Shown here: one piece after another, positions 8,349 through 15,220 of the stretch
How positions within the stretch are numbered: the stretch's first letter is position 1
Layout: the number at the start of each line of letters is the position of its first letter
Source: Coleofasciculus sp. B1-GNL1-01
Lineage (GTDB): Bacteria > Cyanobacteriota > Cyanobacteriia > Cyanobacteriales > Coleofasciculaceae
Length of the DNA: 53,822 bases
Reading direction: 5' to 3' (one strand)
Assembly: GCA_040220235.1 (NCBI GenBank)
Contig: JAVJTO010000050.1
Notes under the pieces: model-generated
The model's input: only the letters and a program-made list of their open reading frames with translations
The model's database searches: none
Told to the model about the DNA's origin: nothing
Position numbers and translations under genes: made by a program

Positions 8349-8980
8349 ATGACCACAACTCTACTTATTCAAACTGAAACCACTCCCTTAAAGATTTCGC
8401 TACCTGCGATCGCGCCAATGACTCGCGAGGAGTTCTATACCTTTTGCCAAGCGAATCGAGACTTGCGTATCGAACGTACTGCGGCTGGAGATGTTGTCAT
8501 TATGCCACCTGCTTTTTCAGATACCGGAAACCGCAATTTTAATCTAGCCGTACAGCTTGGTATCTGGGCGGAAATTGATGGTACAGGGAAAGGGTTTTGA
8601 CTCCAGTGCAGGATTTACGCTTCCTAATAGTGCAACGCGATTCTCCTACGGAGACGCTTCGCGAACGCCTGATGCGTCTTGGATTAAAACAGAACGGTGG
8701 AATGCTCTAACTGAAGAAGAAAAAGCATCCTTTGCCCCAATTTATCCTGATGCGTGTGATTGAGTTACGCTCGGCGAGTGATACTTTAAGTGGTTTGAAA
8801 GCGAAGATGCAGGAATACATAGAGAATCGTGTATCTCTAGGCTGGTTGATTGACCGCAAAAATCGCACTGTCTATGTCTATCGCCCGAATCAAGAGGTTC
8901 AAGTCTTGGAGAATCCAGAGCAGGTTAGTGGTGATCCAGAGTTACCCGGTTTCAGATTGCTGATGGCAAAGATTTGTTGA
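8349..8980 (+). pseudogene. Uma2/DUF820 endonuclease with two frameshifts and an SDR insertion
   Basis: Split over ORFs 8319-8600, 8557-8763 and 8732-8980; +1 shifts near 8590 and 8752 relative to the 362-778 copy. Confidence 0.85.
8637..8668 (-). repeat. SDR5-like element inserted in a HIP1 site
   Basis: 24 extra bp split GCGATCGC (intact at 460-467 in the paralog); reverse strand reads GCG-TTCGCGAAGCGTCTCCGTAGGAGA-ATCGC. Confidence 0.8.
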
Positions 8981-9000
8981 TTTTGGTAAAGAGTTAAGGT

Positions 9001-9084
9001 GTAGGGTGGGCAAATGGATATAATGTCTGGTGAAATTATTCAATTAACATAATTTGCCCACCCTACCAGATTGGGCGATCGCAC
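9001..9084. repeat. REP-like hairpin plus HIP1, copy 2
   Basis: GTAGGGTGGGCAAAT...ATTTGCCCACCCTAC then GCGATCGCAC. Confidence 0.8.
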
Positions 9085-9187
9085 TAAGCTGTTCGGCATT
9101 TAAACCTTAATATCAATAATGACGCAATCCTTGTAGTGCGAGCATCTTGCTCGCTACTAATACCCAATTTAAATGCATGACAGCTTA
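9085..9187. mobile_element. MITE-like element
   Basis: Imperfect terminal inverted repeats TAAGCTGTtcgGCATTTAAA / TTTAAATGCatgACAGCTTA; internal palindrome GTAGtGCGAGCATCTTGCTCGCTAC. Confidence 0.65.
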
Positions 9188-9422
9188 CGAGATATCAAAA
9201 GATAGTTCGCGTTTACTAGCAACACAATCTTCAAGGTATAAATTAATTAATTCTTGCCAAAACATTCCTTTTTCTTGTGCCATTTCCTCAAAATATTCTA
9301 TGACTTCTATCCCTAAGGGTAAAGTTACTTGTTGTTTTAATGTTTGGGCAAATGGATTGGGTATGCTTTTCTTGATTGATTCTATTCTTTTCGTTATCCC
9401 ACTCAAAAATTAATCGCTTCAT
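9185..9422 (-). pseudogene. Internally deleted BrnT/BrnA-type TA operon
   Basis: ATG at 9422 encodes MKRLIFEWDNEKNRINQEKH (BrnT N-terminus), joined out of frame near 9362 to NPFAQTLKQQVTL...LINLYLEDC (BrnA/CopG-like antitoxin). Confidence 0.7.
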
Positions 9423-9478
9423 ATTTACATATTAAAGTAAAAGGGTGAAGATGGTCAATCTTTCAACTAGAAGCGAGT

Positions 9479-9561
9479 CGGGTGGGCAAATGGATAAAAT
9501 TTCTAGTGAAGTCGTTAAATTAACATAATTTGCCCACCCTGCAATATTAGGCGATCGCACT
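9479..9561. repeat. REP-like hairpin plus HIP1, copy 3 (ISAs1 target)
   Basis: GGGTGGGCAAAT...ATTTGCCCACCC then GCGATCGCACT. Confidence 0.8.
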
Positions 9562-9612
9562 CAGGGTAAGCTCATCTAATTTGGTATAAATTGTACTTGA
9601 CAAAAGTAATAC

Positions 9613-9825
9613 TCATTATGGAGGAAGACGAAGGGTTTGCGATCGCGTCCCTGGCGGGGTGAGCCACAACTGTGATCAGTCGGTCATTATGGAGGAAGAC
9701 GAAGGGTTTGCGATCGCGCCCCTGACGGGGTGAGCCAAAACCGTTGTCAGGCGATTATCTGGGAGCAAGAGAAAGGGAAAGCGATCGTGTCCCTGACATG
9801 GGGCAACAAGACTTGTATAAGCCAG
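9613..9825. repeat. About 71-bp tandem repeat (2 close copies plus 1 degenerate) in the ISAs1 leader
   Basis: TCATTATGGAGGAAGACGAAGGGTTTGCGATCGCG at 9613 and 9684; degenerate copy from about 9753. Confidence 0.8.
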
Positions 9826-9914
9826 CCGATAAAAAATCTACTTGACATTTGAGCCAAAGAAGTGAGATGACAGCAATGCACTCACCCTTAAAACAACTTC
9901 AGGAATGAAGCTTT

Positions 9915-11174
9915 ATGTCTGAAGGATTTGAAACTCAATCGCATCAAGCCAACAAAACTACTCGTCATCAGTCGAAGCCCAGAGAAGCCGTATCAATTGA
10001 AGCTATTCAACAGAACTTAGTTGAGAATTTCTCTGATATCAAAGACAAGAGAGTAGAGCGAACGAAGAAACATCAGCTCACAGACATCTTAGTAATTGCA
10101 ATTCTGGCAATAATCGCTGGAGCAAAAGGATGGGAAGATATCGAAAATTATGGCATTAGTAAGCAAAAGTGGTTGGAGGAGTTTTTGGCATTACCTAACG
10201 GCATTCCCTCAGATGACACCTTCCGACGGGTATTTGAGTTCATTGACCCAGAAGCATTGCATCGATGCTTTGTGCGATGGGTAGAAACCCTGGTGACTCA
10301 GATGAACGGAGAAATCGTCCCCATAGATGGTAAGACTTTGAGAAGTTCCTACGACCGAAATCAAGGCCAATCAGCACTCCATGTCATTAGTGCTTGGGCA
10401 AGCGAACAACGTTTGGTGCTGGCACAGTTAAAAGTTGAAGATAAATCTAATGAAATCACTGCCATTCCCCCACTATTAGAGTTGTTGGATTTAACCGGAT
10501 GCATTGTGACTATTGATGCGATAGGAACCCAAACCGATATTGCCCGAAAGATTATCCACAAGAAAGCTGATTATGTCCTGGCACTTAAAGCGAATCATCC
10601 CACTCTCTACTGTCAGGTGAAAGCTTGGTTTGAGCAAGCTCAAGCCCAGCAGTTTGCAGGAATTGATGTTAGTTATGATAGACGCATTGAAAAAGCACAT
10701 CATCGCACGGAAATCCGCGAAGTTTGGTCTGTACCTGTTTCTGCTCTTGGTGATATTTATCAACCTCGACTCTGGGCAGGACTCCAAAGCCTTGTCATGG
10801 TTATCCGAGTGCGTCATCTCTGGAATAAAACGACTCGTGAAGTTCAGTTTTATTTGACTTCTTTATACAGTAATGCTCAACTTATCGGTCGAGCTATCCG
10901 AAAACATTGGGGGATTGAGAACCAAGTTCATTGGACTCTTGACGTCACTTTGGCTGAAGATGCTTCCCGTATTCGTTCTTTCCATAGTCCTCGAAATTTT
11001 GCTCTCTTGCGGCGCATGGCTCTTAATGCCCTCAACCGAGAACATACATATAAACGTAGTCTTCGACAAAAAAGTAAACGAGCAGCTATGGATAATGATT
11101 ATATGATTCAAGTTCTCAGTTGTTGTTTTACTAACAATACATTAGAGGCTTCTGATGCCTTGTGTCAAGCCTGA
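9915..11174 (+). CDS. ISAs1-family (H-repeat) transposase
   Basis: GIPSDDTFRR, IDGKTLR, KSNEITAIP, VTIDA, HWGIENQVHWTLDV motifs. Confidence 0.95.
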   Translation: MSEGFETQSHQANKTTRHQSKPREAVSIEAIQQNLVENFSDIKDKRVERTKKHQLTDILVIAILAIIAGAKGWEDIENYGISKQKWLEEFLALPNGIPSDDTFRRVFEFIDPEALHRCFVRWVETLVTQMNGEIVPIDGKTLRSSYDRNQGQSALHVISAWASEQRLVLAQLKVEDKSNEITAIPPLLELLDLTGCIVTIDAIGTQTDIARKIIHKKADYVLALKANHPTLYCQVKAWFEQAQAQQFAGIDVSYDRRIEKAHHRTEIREVWSVPVSALGDIYQPRLWAGLQSLVMVIRVRHLWNKTTREVQFYLTSLYSNAQLIGRAIRKHWGIENQVHWTLDVTLAEDASRIRSFHSPRNFALLRRMALNALNREHTYKRSLRQKSKRAAMDNDYMIQVLSCCFTNNTLEASDALCQA

Positions 11175-11224
11175 TTGAGATGCTCTTACCCTGCGATCGC
11201 ACTTGGCGTTAATTCTATAATGTT

Positions 11225-11377
11225 ATGTCACAATATAGTCGTTCTTATGTGCCAGGAGGAGTATTTTTTCTAACCTTGGTTACTTATCGCCGTATTCCTC
11301 TATTTTCGGAGGTTGAAAATATATCTTTGTTACGGAAGGCGATCGCACTACCGAGTAAGGCTTTAGCCTGGGTGTAA
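11225..11377 (+). pseudogene. 5' remnant of a REP-associated tyrosine transposase (RAYT)
   Basis: Translates MSQYSRSYVPGGVFFLTLVTYRRIPLF...LLRKAIA; homology stops at the HIP1 at 11339-11346. Confidence 0.7.
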
Positions 11378-11400
11378 TACATCACGAGAGGAACTTCAGG

Positions 11401-12363
11401 TTAAGTCTTGTCACCTTCTGGTTTTTCCAGTAATAAATCAATATCTCCAAACATCCCGGTTATATAGGATTCCAGCACTTCTCTTCCCTCAGCATTGGGG
11501 CAAACTTTTATAGCTTCTAAGGCTTGTTCCCGTTCTTTTAGAGCCGCCCATATCAAGAAGCTTTTCGTGTCAATTTGGTCTAATATTTCTTTTATTCTTT
11601 CTGCATGAATAGCAATGTCATTGTCTGTCACTAGGGATAATAGCTCATCTCGTTCTGGGTGCTGGGCTTGCAAACCATACAGTAAAGGAAGAGTAATTTT
11701 TCCTTGCTTTAAGTCTGTAATTCCATCAGGTTGCCATATTGATTCCATGTCGTTAAAGATTTGAATAGCCAATCCAACATGATGACCGAAAACGTGGCAA
11801 GCTTCAATCAGCTGTTGGTTTTCCGTTCCAAGCATTGCTCCCGATGCACAGGCGGCTGAGTATGCTGTAGCTGTTTTCAATTCTATAGTTCGCCAATAGT
11901 CTTCAATACTATTCGACAACCCGATCAAATCACGTTCTTGACCTACAGTTATATAGAAAAAGGCATCTATAAAGAGTTGATTAACTTTCCGAAATATTTG
12001 GGGAGAAAAGGAGGCCTTACTCAGTATCTCAAAGGATAGAATATGAATAGCTGAGGCATAATTCCAGGCACGAGCTTCTCCAAGCAGTTCCCATAACTGT
12101 CCTGGACGATCTTTATCTTCCAAGTCATCAAATATTCGCAGACTGACTTCTGTGGCAATAAGTGCTGCGGAAACAGGTACAGCTTCCCTCGCTGTCCCAT
12201 TAACGGCATGACAACTAACCAGCGGTAAGATAGCTACAGATAGCAGTGGCGGTGGTTTAGCGAAGATTGTATCAAAAATTGGCCTCAGCTCTGGCCAGCA
12301 ATCCGGAATTCCATCTTCAAGCACCTGACGCACTTCTGGATATAGTGATGTTAGCCAATCCAT
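11401..12363 (-). CDS. ComQ-like isoprenyl transferase, copy B
   Basis: LRIFDDLEDKDRPGQLW, GQE, KT, QIFNDMES; last 117 aa differ from copy A at only 8 positions. Confidence 0.8.
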   Translation of the reverse strand: MDWLTSLYPEVRQVLEDGIPDCWPELRPIFDTIFAKPPPLLSVAILPLVSCHAVNGTAREAVPVSAALIATEVSLRIFDDLEDKDRPGQLWELLGEARAWNYASAIHILSFEILSKASFSPQIFRKVNQLFIDAFFYITVGQERDLIGLSNSIEDYWRTIELKTATAYSAACASGAMLGTENQQLIEACHVFGHHVGLAIQIFNDMESIWQPDGITDLKQGKITLPLLYGLQAQHPERDELLSLVTDNDIAIHAERIKEILDQIDTKSFLIWAALKEREQALEAIKVCPNAEGREVLESYITGMFGDIDLLLEKPEGDKT

Positions 12364-12389
12364 ATTTTGAAACCCGTGTCATCTATTAC

Positions 12390-12893
12390 TTAAGGAAGTA
12401 CATGGACTTGAATGGGCTCTAGCTCTTTGTCTTTGTAGCTAGGTACTAATGTGTACTCACCAGGCGTTGGAAACAAAGACTGACCCATTGACCAACTCAT
12501 TGAAACTCTATCACCAGCAGGGAGAGCAAACCACTTCTCTTCTCGTAGACCATTACTAATTGCTAAATTCCATGCCATAGATTGCTCACCATTGATGAAA
12601 AGCTTTACCAGATGAAGTTCTGGATTTGTGACTTCGTCACTCTGGTTGGTAGCAGTAAGAGAAATCTTGAAGTTTTGTATCTCCGATATGGAGAACTCCA
12701 ACGGTTCAGCGGTAATTTGTAGCTGGACAGTATCTATCTTTGTATTTTGTTCTTTCATCGTTTCTTCTCCATTTTCTGGCAGTGAGGGATCAGCCGCCTG
12801 ATTTTGACCCTCAGTTTGACATATAACCAGCATAGTCACACTAAGGATAATAAGCGTGTAACGCGCAAAAAATTCTAAGCAAACATTCATCAC
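12390..12893 (-). CDS. Exported Ig-like protein, putative immunity
   Basis: N-terminal hydrophobic signal; beta-strand pattern (ISLTATNQ, PGEYTLV); ATGA overlap with the upstream toxin gene. Confidence 0.65.
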   Translation of the reverse strand: MMNVCLEFFARYTLIILSVTMLVICQTEGQNQAADPSLPENGEETMKEQNTKIDTVQLQITAEPLEFSISEIQNFKISLTATNQSDEVTNPELHLVKLFINGEQSMAWNLAISNGLREEKWFALPAGDRVSMSWSMGQSLFPTPGEYTLVPSYKDKELEPIQVHVLP

Positions 12894-14836
12894 GGAGTCC
12901 TTTCGACACTTTCACCAGCTTTTTTGACCTTGGAAGTACCATCCGAGCCTGATATCGAAAAGGCTTGGGTTACGGTTGTAAATTTCTTTCCATTACCCCC
13001 TTCACCTTTAACCCTAAAATGGTTTGGAATATCCCACTTGAATCCACCTTTTTTCCATGGTGCAGGGTGGCCAGAGAAAGCCGCGTGGTCTCGTAATGTA
13101 CCAAGTGTATTATCCTGTGCAATCGGGACAAAATTAGGATTCGGATGGTGATACAAACTAGCAGGAGGGTAAGGCTTGAAGTATCCCGATATATTAGTAG
13201 CTGGACCAGGAATCTCTTTGATGAAAGCATTTCCGAAAGACACTTTCTTGGGGTGAAAATTAAAGTTTAGGCGCATACCAGCACCCTGAGTACCCGCAGG
13301 GTAAGTATCTTCACTTGTCTTGGTTCCGGTGATACCATTGGGTTCTATGACATTCATCGAGACTGAGGATTCTTTACCACCTAGCTCAAACTTTATTTTC
13401 ACGGATGCAGCTCTATTGGGGGCAGTCCAATTAAACGTATTTCCGTTAGGCAAAGTTACAGGAGTCCCAGCTGATGCCGTCCACTTCCCTGCACTCGGTG
13501 CTTGAAATTTAACCTCTTCACCTACACCAACAACCGTTCGTGAATTTGGAGAGCCATCTGGTGCATTAAATTTTGTTTTATGAGTGATTTTGCCAGCCGC
13601 ATTACTATCCCCACAAGCTCGAAAAATTTTAGAGTTATCACCTGTCTGAGTTATACTTCCATTTTGAGTTGGCAAGAGTTGTCGCTGTTTCTCAAGAATC
13701 TGTTCAGTTGAATGGGTCTGCTGGAATTGAGCAATTTCTTTACGGTACAAAGCTCCATCAATATTTAATCGCTCCTGCATAGCTTGTAGATGACCCAAAA
13801 CTTGACTCTTGGGTGCGATGCCATGCAAAAGGCTAGGTTGGATCTGTTCTTGTTTATTCTTCCTCTGCACAACACCCGTCTGCTGCACAACATGAGTCAA
13901 CTCATGCGCCGTCAACTCATTATTTCCCGGCGATTTCCCTGCCCCAAAATAAACATCACTCCCATGAGTAAACGCCTGTGCGCCCAACTCCTGATTCATC
14001 TGCACCGCTTCACCACCCGTATGCACCCGCACTCCACTAAAATCTGCCCCAAAGCGCGGTTCCATAAACCTTCTCACGTCCTCGGATAACGGAGAACCTC
14101 CACCCTTAGACGCATTTAAACGATTCTCTAAATCCCCAGATGCTTGATTTCCATCTATTTGATGCGCCCGTTGTATCATCTGGCGCATCTGCACACGCGG
14201 ATCAATTTGCCTGTGCACCACGGGTTTAATGGATTGCGCTCGTTTCCATATCTGATGGGGGTGATGGGGGTGATTGGTGTCCAACTGACGCTGAACTGAT
14301 GCTGAACTATCCGCAGGGGCTGACATGGACATCACCTGAGACGCTACTCGGTCAGCTTCTTGCTCGTAGGGATCTCCTGGCGCTCCTACCGTCAACTTGG
14401 TTTGAATGCCAATTTCCTTTAAGTCTTTCCCGGCTTCCCCCGCCTGTTCCTGCTCTTGGTTGGCACAATCAGCACATTGGCGTTGAATCGGGTTCTGTGA
14501 TACTGGGGCAAAAGCACCTTTTAATTTGGAAGCTGGGCTTTGTGGTAAGGGTGGGGGTGGATCAAACGTGGGTGCCCAGGGCGATTCAGATTTACGCTGT
14601 AGCGTTGACCCTTCGGCTTGCTCCTGCTCCTTAGCTTGGATTCCTCGCATTACATTGGCGGTGAGTCTATCAGCTGATGCTCTGGAGTATTCCCCGATTT
14701 CTGGGGATGGGGTAGATGACGGGTTTGACTTGGGTTGAATCGAAAAATGTCCCATTTTACCGGGACTCTTACCCTTTTTCTGTACTGGGGTTGGAGTCCA
14801 GGAGGAATTTTTCTTTTGTACGGGTTTATACTCCAT
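12890..14836 (-). CDS. DUF4157 protein with an unassigned beta-rich C-terminal domain
   Basis: First about 326 aa near-identical to 6255-8102; homologous linker; unrelated tip of about 235 aa. Confidence 0.85.
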   Translation of the reverse strand: MEYKPVQKKNSSWTPTPVQKKGKSPGKMGHFSIQPKSNPSSTPSPEIGEYSRASADRLTANVMRGIQAKEQEQAEGSTLQRKSESPWAPTFDPPPPLPQSPASKLKGAFAPVSQNPIQRQCADCANQEQEQAGEAGKDLKEIGIQTKLTVGAPGDPYEQEADRVASQVMSMSAPADSSASVQRQLDTNHPHHPHQIWKRAQSIKPVVHRQIDPRVQMRQMIQRAHQIDGNQASGDLENRLNASKGGGSPLSEDVRRFMEPRFGADFSGVRVHTGGEAVQMNQELGAQAFTHGSDVYFGAGKSPGNNELTAHELTHVVQQTGVVQRKNKQEQIQPSLLHGIAPKSQVLGHLQAMQERLNIDGALYRKEIAQFQQTHSTEQILEKQRQLLPTQNGSITQTGDNSKIFRACGDSNAAGKITHKTKFNAPDGSPNSRTVVGVGEEVKFQAPSAGKWTASAGTPVTLPNGNTFNWTAPNRAASVKIKFELGGKESSVSMNVIEPNGITGTKTSEDTYPAGTQGAGMRLNFNFHPKKVSFGNAFIKEIPGPATNISGYFKPYPPASLYHHPNPNFVPIAQDNTLGTLRDHAAFSGHPAPWKKGGFKWDIPNHFRVKGEGGNGKKFTTVTQAFSISGSDGTSKVKKAGESVERTP

Positions 14837-15085
14837 GATGCCGCCTCAGTTGCCCGATAATGTAAGGATTGGAGCCGATTTCCTCAAGAATCCTGGGTGA
14901 TGGTCTGATCAGCCAATGCCTAGCCCGTTCCCAGAAAACGCTGGACAGCGGCTTGACCCAAGACATCTTGAGGTGTTGGCTAGATTATAAACTATTTTGT
15001 CTAAACCGAATTCAACCGGAAATATGTTTTAACATAAGAGCCAGCAAACGGGAGCAAGGGGAGAGACTGTTGAGTTTGGCGGTAA

Positions 15086-15136
15086 GCGTTAGCGTAGCCA
15101 TGCCCGAAGGGCTATAGCTATCCCGGAGGGAATCGC
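15086..15136 (+). repeat. SDR5-like element in a HIP1 site with a nested insertion
   Basis: GCG-TTAGCGTAGC[CATGCCCGAAGGGCTATAGC]TATCCCGGAGGGA-ATCGC. Confidence 0.65.
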
Positions 15137-15220
15137 TCTTCCCAACCCACTTGAGTATTACCCGTTTTCACGCTCTCAACAAACGATAAACTTTAACACC
15201 ATTAAAACCTATAAACCTAT

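Larger units (their letters stand above)
9562..11193 (+). mobile_element. Complete ISAs1-family insertion sequence
   Basis: Terminal inverted repeats CAGGGTAAGctcatctaat / attgagatgctCTTACCCTG; 10-bp direct repeat CGATCGCACT at 9552-9561 and 11194-11203. Confidence 0.9.

Noticed and set aside
799..9561. Integron attC array
   Set aside because: No integrase in the window, and the hairpins have GTAG REP-type ends rather than RYYYAAC/GTTRRRY boxes.
9613..9825. Mini-CRISPR or known riboswitch
   Set aside because: Whole units repeat without unique spacers, and I recognise no riboswitch consensus.
14826..14966. 46-aa Trp-containing minus-strand ORF (MSWVKPLSSVFWERARHW...) as a ComX-like substrate
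   Set aside because: The frame is not preserved upstream of the paralog at 8102, and there is no Trp near the C-terminus as in ComX.
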